Shown here: piece after piece, positions 55,418 through 64,000 of the stretch
How positions within the stretch are numbered: position 1 is the first letter of the stretch
Layout of the letters: each line of letters begins with the position of its first letter
DNA from: a virus
Taxonomy: Duplodnaviria > Caudoviricetes
Length of the DNA: 64,000 nucleotides
Direction: 5' to 3' (one strand)
Virus record (IMG/VR): IMGVR_UViG_3300027759_000044
Program-made: the position numbers and the translations under genes
The notes under the pieces: generated by a model
Seen by the model: the letters and a program-made list of their open reading frames with translations, nothing else
Told to the model about the DNA's origin: nothing
The model's database searches: none

Positions 55418-56965
55418 ATGAGTAATACACCTTCACTAGTAAAGAATCCTTATACTAAAACAGTTTTTAAAACTGATAAAGAACTACAGGATTTCATTAA
55501 ATGTTGTGACCCAGATACAGGTTATCTATACTTCATGGATAACTTTTTTATGATACAACATCCTACGAAAGGTAGTATGGTCTATCATCCCTGGCCCTAT
55601 CAAAAACGATTGATTGAAACATACCACAACTATCGTTATTCAATAAGTTTGATGCCACGACAATCAGGTAAATCAACTTCAGCTGCCGGATATTTACTTT
55701 GGTATGCTATGTTTGTACCAGATAGTACTATCTTAGTTGCGGCACACAAATATACAGGTGCACAGGAGATTATGCAACGTATTCGTTATGCATATGAAAA
55801 TTGCCCCGACTACATAAAAGCGGGCGTAACAACATACAACAAAGGTTCACTAGACTTTGAGAACGGATCTCGTATCGTTTCAGCAACAACTACTGAAAAT
55901 ACAGGTCGTGGTATGTCTATTACCCTACTATACTTAGATGAGTTTGCATTCGTTAGACCAAGTATTGCTAAAGAATTCTGGACAGCTATCACACCAACAC
56001 TATCAACTGGTGGTAAAGCTATTATCACAAGTACTCCAAACAGTGATGAGGATCAATTTGCCTACATTTGGAAAGGTGCTAACAAAACTGAAGATGATTT
56101 TGGTAACACAACAGAAATTGGTGTAAACGGGTTTAGAGCATATAGGGCGCATTGGAGTGAACAACCGGGTCGAGATCAAAAGTGGGCTGATGAAATTAAA
56201 GCACAGTTAGGTGATGATCGGTTTAACCGAGAGATTGGTTGTGAATTTATTATTGCTGACGAAACATTAATCAATCCAAATACATTGATAGCAATGGAAG
56301 GGATAGAACCCGTGAATCGTATAGGACAAGTTCGATGGTATGATAAACCCAAGAAGGGTAATATCTATTGTGTAGGATTAGATCCAAGCTTAGGCACAGG
56401 CGGTGACCCGTCTGCTATACAAATCTTTGAAGCTAATACTACTACTCAAGTAGGTGAATGGAAACACAATAAAACAGACATTCCAAGTCAAATCAAACTA
56501 TTAGCACAGATAAACAAATACATAGCAGAATGTACTAATGAACCTAACAACATATATTACAGTATTGAATGTAACGGGATTGGAGAAGCCGCTATCATAT
56601 CATTAAACGAATACGGTGAAAGCAATATCCCAGGTATTTTTATTAGTGAAGCCGGTAAAGGGCGTAGAGGATTCAACACTACTAATAAAAGCAAATTAGC
56701 AAGTTGCGCTAAGTTCAAAACACTAGTTGAAAGCAAAAAAATGACTGTAAATAGTCGTAGTCTTATTAGTGAAATGAAAGCATTTGTAGCACATGGTGGT
56801 AGTTATGCCGCTAAAATTGGTGACACCGACGATTTGATTATGGCTAGCTTGTTAGTAACTAGAATGTTACAACATTTAAGTGATTATCACGTTAATTTAG
56901 AGACACAGATACGTGACCATGATGAATACATAGCTCCTTTACCCTTCTTTGCGGTCATAAGCTAA
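55418..56965 (+). CDS. terL: terminase large subunit (T4 gp17-like)
   Basis: MPRQSGKS Walker A, LLYLDEFAF Walker B, ITSTPN coupling motif, RNase H-like GLDPS and DDLIMA. Confidence 0.92.
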   Translation: MSNTPSLVKNPYTKTVFKTDKELQDFIKCCDPDTGYLYFMDNFFMIQHPTKGSMVYHPWPYQKRLIETYHNYRYSISLMPRQSGKSTSAAGYLLWYAMFVPDSTILVAAHKYTGAQEIMQRIRYAYENCPDYIKAGVTTYNKGSLDFENGSRIVSATTTENTGRGMSITLLYLDEFAFVRPSIAKEFWTAITPTLSTGGKAIITSTPNSDEDQFAYIWKGANKTEDDFGNTTEIGVNGFRAYRAHWSEQPGRDQKWADEIKAQLGDDRFNREIGCEFIIADETLINPNTLIAMEGIEPVNRIGQVRWYDKPKKGNIYCVGLDPSLGTGGDPSAIQIFEANTTTQVGEWKHNKTDIPSQIKLLAQINKYIAECTNEPNNIYYSIECNGIGEAAIISLNEYGESNIPGIFISEAGKGRRGFNTTNKSKLASCAKFKTLVESKKMTVNSRSLISEMKAFVAHGGSYAAKIGDTDDLIMASLLVTRMLQHLSDYHVNLETQIRDHDEYIAPLPFFAVIS

Positions 56966-56986
56966 GAGGTAAAAGATAAATACAAT

Positions 56987-59317
56987 ATGGCTAAAAATCA
57001 AGAATCAATCAACCGCTCATTATTTGAACTATTACGTAGTAGAGGGTATGCACCGACACTATTAGATACTTCTGGTAAAGAAATCCCAGTCCCAGAAGAA
57101 GCAGAAGTATTTCAGTTTAAATTCACAAAAGACGGGGAAGAATACGGGACAGTAACAGCATCCATTGACGGATTACATAAATTAATAATTTACTTTGGTG
57201 ATGATGTTGCTAATAGTGCTAAGGGTGAAGGTACAGACGATGATTGGTCTGATTTTATCAAAAAAGTTAAGAAATTCAAAAAATCTAAACTAAAAGAAAG
57301 TAGTGGTGACGATTCTTGGTACAAACTATTGAATCACCTAAAGCGTTTTTCACAGCAACATCAATTGAGTTTTGAAGTTAAAAATAGAGACCATTTAAAA
57401 TATGATATGGCAAAAAGGGAACATATGAAAAAGCAAGAAAAAATTTCAGAAGGCTATTATCCAATGGGTAAAAAGGCTAGTTATAATGACAATATTCCAA
57501 CTGTTAAGATTGTTATTGAACATAGTCGTACAATTGAAGAAGGTGAACAGCGTTATCGTAATGTAAACCGTATCTTTTTAGAGAATACACAAGGTGAAAG
57601 AATTCTTGCCCCTACAACTAAGCCTGGTGTTGCTCAGATATATGCCCGTCATTTAGCTGAAGGTGGTATGCCACACGATGATCGTTGGAATCATATTATT
57701 GGTCTATGTGAAGAATATAATAAGATGGGTGCATTTGTTCGTGCTACCCGTAACAACCAATTCAATGAATCAGCACAGCAATTAGTTAATGAAGGTATTA
57801 ACCACTATCAAAGTTTAAGAGAATCATTAAGCAAGATGCGTGGTGCACGTGGTTACAATGCGTATTTTGAATCATACACTCCTCCATTAATGGAAGATGA
57901 AAGTGAAGAAAACAATTTGAATGAGTTGTTTGTACAAGAAACATTAGACCCACGTATTGAAAGCGTAATGCCAATATTGAATAAGCTACATAAGAAAGTA
58001 GCAGAGATGAAAGAAGTTAATGAATTAAGTGAGTGGGCCGATAGTTTAACTGAAATTGCTTTAGAAGAAGGTGAGCTTGGTCAAGCAGTAGGCACTGCAG
58101 CCGGAACTGTTCTTGGTGCAAGATTGGGCCCAGCTGGTTCAGCAATAGGCGGTGCGGTAGGTGGAGAGATTGGTGATTTTGCAGGTGATATGGCTGGCGA
58201 TGCTTTGGGCATAGATGAAGAAGTAGACAAGGGTATTTTAGATACTGTTAAGAAAATTGGTAGTAAAGTAAAAGATGTTGCAAGTACCGCATTTGACAAA
58301 TTAGGCGGCGGCACTGAAGAAGACCTAATTAGAAAATTACAACAAGATGCAGGTGTAGAGCAGACTGGTAAAAAACCAGAACCAAAAGATAAACCGGTTG
58401 GTGAAGGTAAAGGTATATTAGACCGTAGTCGTGAGCAACAAGCCGCCAACAAAATTGAAAAACCTGCAGTATGGCGTAAAGAGCAAGATAGTTTTTCCAT
58501 ACATAAAAGTAATAATGATGACGACGGAGCTGTTAAAGTACAGGGTTCTAACTGGAAAGTTACTCCGGACGATTTAAAGATGGCTGATGAAAAAAATATG
58601 ACTAGTTCATCTAGTATGGCAGCATTGAGGAAAAACTTAAGTAATATTGAAGAAGTTGACATGGGTCAAGCTGACAGTTCATTAAGAAATGATCCAAAAC
58701 AAAGCAATGATAAAATGGATCATTTTACTGCGTTAGATAAAGCATCAAAGAAAATGGGACACAATCATTTTATGGATGTACCTGATGACAAACTTGAAGC
58801 ACTTAGATCAATGGTTAAAAGATTTAGAGCCGGCGAAGAAGTTGATGAAAGCGCACTACAAGCATCTTTTGGGTACGATAAGTACGGTGAAGATGGTATG
58901 GAAGCACTACAGGACGCTGGTCGTAAAGGTGCTAGTGAGAAAAAAATGCAAAATATTCGTGCTGAATTTAGTGATAAAGAAAAACCTGTAACAGAAGATG
59001 GTGAGTTTGCCGGTGACTATGCTACAGGTGAAGCAGGACAATGGCGTAACAAAGGTCCTAAAGCTAACAAGCCAGCAACGATTGGTGATCTAGTTGGTGA
59101 AGGCGAAGAAAAAAATCCTCTTGATCCGTGGAAGAATGTTAATCCTAGAGTTGATAATCCAAAAATTAAAGGTACTGATAACCGTGCCAAATCAGGATAC
59201 TATCCTACTCCAAAACCCCCTGTTAAGAAATTAGATACGCCGTTAACTAATGAAACAGTAATAGAAGGTTTAGATGATTTAGCAAGAATATTAAATATTG
59301 CTGGAATTAGAAAATAA
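56987..59317 (+). CDS. large head-associated protein candidate: conserved N-domain plus modular low-complexity C-terminus
   Basis: ATAAATA at 56976-56982; Gly-zipper segment and short modules separated by xxE motifs. Confidence 0.6.
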   Translation: MAKNQESINRSLFELLRSRGYAPTLLDTSGKEIPVPEEAEVFQFKFTKDGEEYGTVTASIDGLHKLIIYFGDDVANSAKGEGTDDDWSDFIKKVKKFKKSKLKESSGDDSWYKLLNHLKRFSQQHQLSFEVKNRDHLKYDMAKREHMKKQEKISEGYYPMGKKASYNDNIPTVKIVIEHSRTIEEGEQRYRNVNRIFLENTQGERILAPTTKPGVAQIYARHLAEGGMPHDDRWNHIIGLCEEYNKMGAFVRATRNNQFNESAQQLVNEGINHYQSLRESLSKMRGARGYNAYFESYTPPLMEDESEENNLNELFVQETLDPRIESVMPILNKLHKKVAEMKEVNELSEWADSLTEIALEEGELGQAVGTAAGTVLGARLGPAGSAIGGAVGGEIGDFAGDMAGDALGIDEEVDKGILDTVKKIGSKVKDVASTAFDKLGGGTEEDLIRKLQQDAGVEQTGKKPEPKDKPVGEGKGILDRSREQQAANKIEKPAVWRKEQDSFSIHKSNNDDDGAVKVQGSNWKVTPDDLKMADEKNMTSSSSMAALRKNLSNIEEVDMGQADSSLRNDPKQSNDKMDHFTALDKASKKMGHNHFMDVPDDKLEALRSMVKRFRAGEEVDESALQASFGYDKYGEDGMEALQDAGRKGASEKKMQNIRAEFSDKEKPVTEDGEFAGDYATGEAGQWRNKGPKANKPATIGDLVGEGEEKNPLDPWKNVNPRVDNPKIKGTDNRAKSGYYPTPKPPVKKLDTPLTNETVIEGLDDLARILNIAGIRK

Positions 59318-59333
59318 GATTTGGATTGAACAC

Positions 59334-61028
59334 ATGAAGATTATTTCATTATTGGGTGAAGCTGGAGTAGGAAATAAAGCTAACCTATCTGTAGACCAGG
59401 ATTTGCTATATAAAGCCAAGCAAAAATATCCACAATATAGTGGAGAACAAGCCTTAACTTTATATATAGCTGATGAAATGAAAGAGAAAGACAAAACTGA
59501 TTCAAATCAAAATAGATTAATAGATACACAAAAACGTGAAAATGAACGGTTAAGAAGTGTAGTAGATAATTTGGGTCAAACAGTAGAACAAGAAATACAA
59601 CAAGTAGCACAACAGGCTGAAATAAATGATAATGAAATTTCACGTATTAAACAACTTACCGGAACACTATCTCAGGGTGGTACTGATACTCAACGTAAGG
59701 CAAAACTAAGTTCTGATGATCTAGAAAAACTTCAAAAAGAATTAGAACAATTAAAAACTAAACCTGGTATGGATTCAGAGAAGTTTAATCAGTTAAAAAA
59801 GCAAATTGAAACTATGGTTTCTAATCCATCAATAGATGATAAAGAATTATCAAAAATAAATTCTTTAGTCAATACACTTACCCAACAAAGACAAGTTGGA
59901 GATACCTTATATAAAAAAATAGAAGACCAATTACGTAAGACGCAATCTGATTTAGATAAAAAAGAAGGTAGATTTTCAAAATATATTGAAAAGAAAAAGG
60001 GCGAAATAGGTACAATTCAACAACAAAATGCCGGCGAAATAAAAAAATATTCTGATATTGTTAAAAGTTATCAACAAGATATTGAAAAATTTAATTCACA
60101 AGTAGAAAAACTAAACAAAGATAGAGAATTTATCAATAATGAAAAACAAATTATAGTAAATTTGAGAGGTGAGGTTCAACAAAATGCCGAAATAATTCAG
60201 CAGAATGCTGATAATATTAACAACGATTCAAAAGAAGCCGCAGAATTGTTAAAGGTAATTAAACAACTATATACTAAAAATATCAAGGATATAGATGATA
60301 CACCTTCTACATCTGATGTAGATGATACACCTTCTACATCTGATGCGGATAATATTATACCTAGTAGGGATGATATTCGTAAAGTTTATAAAGATAATAT
60401 ATCTCAGTCTGATAATCAGGCGACTACTGATACTGATACTGAACCTTCAAAACAAAAAGATAATGTTGTACCATTTCCAACTCAAGCAGAATTAGCAGGT
60501 TTATACCCTAAAGGTGGTACTGTTGATGCTACCACTGATGATAAGAGTGCCAATAATGATGATGGAATAGTTGGATATGATCGTCGGGCTAAACTTGTAA
60601 AAACAGGTACGGATGAAAGTCTATTAGAATATGAAAATCAACCATTTAAAATATACAAAAATTGGGGAGATCCTCGTTTCAATAAATGGATGAAAGATAA
60701 TTTATCTATGTTAATTACATTGTTTAAAAATAAATTCAGAGAAGAATTATCAAATAAAAATCCTAAGTACGGTGATGGTCAAATATCATATAGTATACAA
60801 GAAGAAGCTTGGTATCTCAAAGAAATATTTGAAAATAAAGAAGATTCTATATTAACTAGAGAAAAAATGGATAGTTATTTAACTTTAGTTAAAAGAACAT
60901 TGTTTAGTCAACCGTCGAACTCAACATTGTATATGCAACCAAATGATTTGTTTAATGAAAGCCTAGCTAAAACATATGCCCGTATGTTGGATAACATCAT
61001 TGGTTTAGATTACATCAAAAAGGGTTAA
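59334..61028 (+). CDS. long coiled-coil protein
   Basis: Gln/Glu/Lys heptads; likely start ATG 59334. Confidence 0.65.
   Translation: MKIISLLGEAGVGNKANLSVDQDLLYKAKQKYPQYSGEQALTLYIADEMKEKDKTDSNQNRLIDTQKRENERLRSVVDNLGQTVEQEIQQVAQQAEINDNEISRIKQLTGTLSQGGTDTQRKAKLSSDDLEKLQKELEQLKTKPGMDSEKFNQLKKQIETMVSNPSIDDKELSKINSLVNTLTQQRQVGDTLYKKIEDQLRKTQSDLDKKEGRFSKYIEKKKGEIGTIQQQNAGEIKKYSDIVKSYQQDIEKFNSQVEKLNKDREFINNEKQIIVNLRGEVQQNAEIIQQNADNINNDSKEAAELLKVIKQLYTKNIKDIDDTPSTSDVDDTPSTSDADNIIPSRDDIRKVYKDNISQSDNQATTDTDTEPSKQKDNVVPFPTQAELAGLYPKGGTVDATTDDKSANNDDGIVGYDRRAKLVKTGTDESLLEYENQPFKIYKNWGDPRFNKWMKDNLSMLITLFKNKFREELSNKNPKYGDGQISYSIQEEAWYLKEIFENKEDSILTREKMDSYLTLVKRTLFSQPSNSTLYMQPNDLFNESLAKTYARMLDNIIGLDYIKKG
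60292..60345 (+). repeat. perfect 27-bp tandem duplication, in frame
   Basis: TAGATGATACACCTTCTACATCTGATG twice (DDTPSTSD repeated). Confidence 0.85.
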
Positions 61029-61064
61029 AAACCTGTACAAAAAAATGTGTTTACCCACAAACGG

Positions 61065-61104
61065 GATAAATACTATTGACATTGAGAGTTAGCTATGCTA
61101 TACT
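61065..61104 (+). promoter_or_regulatory. dual late (ATAAATA) and sigma70 (TTGACA-17-TATACT, extended TG) promoter of the SSB gene
   Basis: GATAAATA 61065-61072; TTGACA 61076-61081; TATACT 61099-61104. Confidence 0.72.
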
Positions 61105-61182
61105 AACTCTTATGTTAGTCGCTTCATAGGGAAGCGGCGAATATTAAAAACGAGACCATCTCAATTTATAAGGAAATTTATC

Positions 61183-62187
61183 ATGGCATCATTAGCAGAG
61201 ATTCGTGCCCGTATTGCGGCACAAGAAAACAAATCAAATTCTGGTTCAACACAGAAACAATCAGATAACTCTATCTACCCTCATTGGAATATGGACGAAG
61301 GCACAACAGCCACAATGCGTCTATTGCCTGACGCAGATAGCAATAACCCATACTTCTGGGTAGAACGACAAATTATTAAACTTCCATTCAATGGGGTTAA
61401 AGGTGATTCTAATATTAAACGTATTGAGGTTCAAGTACCTTGCGTTGAAATGTATGATCCCAAAGCACAATGCCCAATCTTAACTGAGGTTCGTCCTTGG
61501 TATAAAGATGAAACATTAAAAGAGTTAGCAAACAAATACTGGAAGAAACGCAGTTACTTGTTTCAAGGTTTTGTTCGTCAAAACCCAATTGGTGATGACA
61601 AGACACCAGCTAACCCAATTCGTAGGTTCATTATTAGTCCACAAATCTTTACAATCATTAAAGCAAGTTTGATGGATCCTGAGATGGAAGAATTGCCAAC
61701 AGACTTTATGCGTGGTCTTGATTTGAATATTAAGAAAACAAGTAAGGGTGGATATGCTGATTACTCAACAAGTAATTGGGCACGTAAAGAGTCAGCATTG
61801 ACTGAAGCAGAGCAAGCCGCTATTGAAGCACATGGTTTATACAATTTGGCAGAGTTCTTGCCAAAGCGTCCTGGTGAAGCAGAGTTGCGTATCATCAAAG
61901 AAATGTTTGACGCAAGTGTAGACGGTCAACCATATGACTTAGAGCGTTGGGGTAGTTACTATCGTCCTTGGGGACTAGAAGCACCTGCAGGAGCAACCGC
62001 GGAAAAACAAACAGCTACTACTGAAACTAGAGCACCCGCAACCGCCCCCGTAGCAGAAACTTCAGCACCATGGGAAGATGACGCTGTAGCAGCCGCAGAA
62101 TCAATTAAGATTCCAACAGCACAACCTTCAAGCGACAAAGCACAAGACATTCTAGCAATGATTCGTGCTAGACAAAACAAGTCTTAA
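61183..62187 (+). CDS. single-stranded DNA-binding protein (T4 gp32-like)
   Basis: Basic N-terminal helix, RLLPD...FWVER, QCPI, KTSKGGYADYSTS; acidic/Ala-rich linker. Confidence 0.82.
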   Translation: MASLAEIRARIAAQENKSNSGSTQKQSDNSIYPHWNMDEGTTATMRLLPDADSNNPYFWVERQIIKLPFNGVKGDSNIKRIEVQVPCVEMYDPKAQCPILTEVRPWYKDETLKELANKYWKKRSYLFQGFVRQNPIGDDKTPANPIRRFIISPQIFTIIKASLMDPEMEELPTDFMRGLDLNIKKTSKGGYADYSTSNWARKESALTEAEQAAIEAHGLYNLAEFLPKRPGEAELRIIKEMFDASVDGQPYDLERWGSYYRPWGLEAPAGATAEKQTATTETRAPATAPVAETSAPWEDDAVAAAESIKIPTAQPSSDKAQDILAMIRARQNKS

Positions 62188-62193
62188 AAGGTA

Positions 62194-62214
62194 GTAGGGA
62201 GCATTGCTCCCTAC
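62194..62214 (+). other. stable hairpin without U-tract (processing/stability element)
   Basis: GTAGGGAGC-ATT-GCTCCCTAC just before the AAGGAG SD of the next gene. Confidence 0.55.
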
Positions 62215-62228
62215 CTAAGGAGAACTCC

Positions 62229-62462
62229 ATGACATTACCAGACGAAAGATACCGCGCCATTAAGCAAGGTAAAAAACTATTGGAAGAATTATGCGATCCA
62301 GGTAAGACACCTCGTGTACCTAGTATCATTAGAGATAGGGCTAGAGGTGCATTACGTCATTATCCAAATGATTGGGAATTAGAATCTATCGCAGAAAAAT
62401 GTCCAGATATACTAGACAAGCAAACATTTAGTGTATATACTAACGGTGTACACGTAAAATAA
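62229..62462 (+). CDS. conserved small hypothetical protein
   Basis: MTLPDERYRAI...TPRVP..IR.RA...LRHYP; AAGGAG SD. Confidence 0.7.
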   Translation: MTLPDERYRAIKQGKKLLEELCDPGKTPRVPSIIRDRARGALRHYPNDWELESIAEKCPDILDKQTFSVYTNGVHVK

Positions 62463-62474
62463 AAGGAATATAAA

Positions 62475-62666
62475 ATGAAATACCTAGAAAAATTAAACAA
62501 AGTAAATGAATCATTTACCATCAATCGTTATACTAATGGTTATATGATTGAAGTAGGTGGTAGAGATTCAGAGAATGATTGGAAGAATTACAAATTTCTT
62601 TGCACTACTGATGAAGAACTCTTTGCTGTAATCAAGGAAGCATTAGCACTAGAATTGGATAATTAA
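62475..62666 (+). CDS. hypothetical protein
   Basis: 63-aa ORF with AAGGA SD. Confidence 0.65.
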   Translation: MKYLEKLNKVNESFTINRYTNGYMIEVGGRDSENDWKNYKFLCTTDEELFAVIKEALALELDN

Positions 62667-62667
62667 T

Positions 62668-63735
62668 ATGGCAAAACCATTTGATATTAGTAAGTTCCGT
62701 AAGGACATTACAAAAAGTATTGAAGGTCTATCAATAGGATTTAACGATCCTACTGATTGGATCTCGACAGGAAATTATGCTCTCAATTATCTCATTAGCG
62801 GCGACTTTAATAAAGGCGTTCCTCTTGGTAAAGTTACTGTCTTTGCCGGAGAGTCAGGCGCAGGAAAAAGTTTCATCTGTTCAGGAAACCTCGTCAGACA
62901 CGCACAAGAACAAGGAATCTTTGTAGTCTTAGTTGACTCTGAGAATGCCCTTGACGAAGCATGGCTACACGCACTTGGTGTATCCACTGCAGAAAATAAA
63001 CTATTAAAACTAAACATGGCAATGATTGACGAAGTAGGAAAAACTATTTCTATGTTCGTTAAAGATTACAAAGCACTACCTGAAACAGATCGTCCTAAGG
63101 TATTGTTTGTAGTTGATTCATTAGGTATGTTATTAACACCCACGGACGTTAATCAGTTTGAAGCAGGTGATATGAAAGGTGACATGGGTCGTAAGCCTAA
63201 AGCACTAACAGCACTTGTTCGTAATTGTGTTAATATGTTTGGTTCACTGGGCATTGGCTTAGTAGCAACTAATCACACCTATGCTTCACAAGATATGTTT
63301 GATCCAGATGATAAAATCTCAGGCGGTCAAGGTTTCGTTTACGCATCAAGTATTGTAGTTGCTATGAAGAAACTAAAACTTAAAGAAGATGAAGATGGTA
63401 ATAAGATTAGTGATGTACGAGGTATTCGTGCCGCATGTAAGATTATGAAAACTCGCTATGCGAAACCATTTGAATCTGTTCAAGTTAAGATTCCTTATGA
63501 AACAGGCATGAGTCCCTATTCAGGTCTACTAGATATGATTGAGAAGGCCGAACTTGTTAAGAAAGAAGGTAACAGTCTTGTCTACACAACACTTGATGGT
63601 GAAATTATTAAGAAGTTTCGTAAAGGATGGGAAGCTAATACTGACGGTTGCTTAGATATAGTAATGAGCGAGTATAGTCAAAAATCATCTACAAAGATAA
63701 GTACTGTAACACCTGAGGAGGAGGGTACAGAATGA
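62668..63735 (+). CDS. uvsX: RecA/UvsX recombinase
   Basis: GESGAGKS Walker A, VDSENA, VVDSLG, GDMG, SGGQG..YASS. Confidence 0.92.
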   Translation: MAKPFDISKFRKDITKSIEGLSIGFNDPTDWISTGNYALNYLISGDFNKGVPLGKVTVFAGESGAGKSFICSGNLVRHAQEQGIFVVLVDSENALDEAWLHALGVSTAENKLLKLNMAMIDEVGKTISMFVKDYKALPETDRPKVLFVVDSLGMLLTPTDVNQFEAGDMKGDMGRKPKALTALVRNCVNMFGSLGIGLVATNHTYASQDMFDPDDKISGGQGFVYASSIVVAMKKLKLKEDEDGNKISDVRGIRAACKIMKTRYAKPFESVQVKIPYETGMSPYSGLLDMIEKAELVKKEGNSLVYTTLDGEIIKKFRKGWEANTDGCLDIVMSEYSQKSSTKISTVTPEEEGTE

Positions 63736-63980
63736 GTTTAGATTTTGTTGCTGAAGTTTGGGATGCACTACGCACACACATTGATTTCAATGACCGTAGT
63801 GATGCCGCAGATACACTTATCAATCTATTGATTGACAACAACTACGAAACCGACGATATCAAAGATGCGTTCAAAGGCGACAAGGAAGTGCTTAAGGCAT
63901 TGAAAGGTTATGCGGAACAACACGATGATGTTGAAGATGACTACGAAGAAGAAGACGAAGACCAAGACGATTGGAATTAA
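63732..63980 (+). CDS. hypothetical protein with acidic C-terminus
   Basis: 82-aa ORF, ATGA overlap with uvsX. Confidence 0.7.
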   Translation: MSLDFVAEVWDALRTHIDFNDRSDAADTLINLLIDNNYETDDIKDAFKGDKEVLKALKGYAEQHDDVEDDYEEEDEDQDDWN

Positions 63981-64000
63981 ATGTCAAATTGGTATACAAG
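63981..64000 (+). CDS. start of the next gene (truncated by the window edge)
   Basis: ATG immediately after TAA; reads MSNWYT. Confidence 0.35.

Noticed and set aside
1421-63017. Many 60-190-aa antisense or alternative-frame ORFs in the track (for example 5663..6244, 30219..30635, 58081..58662)
   Set aside because: They lie fully inside well-supported genes, lack SD or promoter signals and reflect codon bias or low-complexity shadows
55418-63735. Inteins, introns or homing endonucleases in terminase, SSB or UvsX
   Set aside because: Lengths are ordinary, motifs are contiguous, and no intein or LAGLIDADG/HNH signatures were seen
1-64000. Alternative genetic code (stop-codon reassignment) as in some jumbo phages
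   Set aside because: Genes are full length and densely packed under the standard code, with TAA, TGA and TAG all used as stops

Overview
AT-rich segment of a large lytic T4-like/jumbo dsDNA phage, most likely infecting a Gram-negative (probably betaproteobacterial) host. Phage hallmarks are a gp17-like terminase large subunit, gp32-like SSB, UvsX/RecA, ThyA, a baseplate-wedge-like protein, candidate spanins, and T4-type late promoters (TAAATA) alongside consensus sigma70 early promoters. Layout: (1) 0.9-23.8 kb, glycan biosynthesis/modification island with five radical SAM-twitch proteins, a B12-dependent radical SAM protein, three SGNH-like proteins, glycosyltransferase-like proteins, a sugar C-methyltransferase, an epimerase, a carbamoyltransferase and a 1249-aa repeat protein; (2) 23.8-24.1 kb, a circularly permuted two-piece tmRNA; (3) 24.2-35.7 kb, host-envelope/nutrient genes, including a PlcP/LpxH2-like phosphoesterase plus GT2, an amino-acid binding protein, a DAACS symporter, an Asp/Glu racemase, a T-holin-like protein, an S-layer-like protein and a porin; (4) 35.8-42.1 kb, four Gly-rich fibre/adhesin paralogues between identical 24-bp terminators; (5) 42.1-47.7 kb, early region with a MoxR AAA+/VWA pair; (6) 47.7-64 kb, ThyA, amino-sugar genes, lysis, head-packaging and recombination genes. 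The most striking signal is three consecutive promoters (27.7, 29.35, 30.2 kb) with a Pho-box-like direct repeat exactly 11 nt upstream of the TAAATA late element. This suggests a phage phosphate-starvation regulon that includes a phospholipid-to-glycolipid remodelling module. All protein calls come from motif recognition by eye; no database searches were run.
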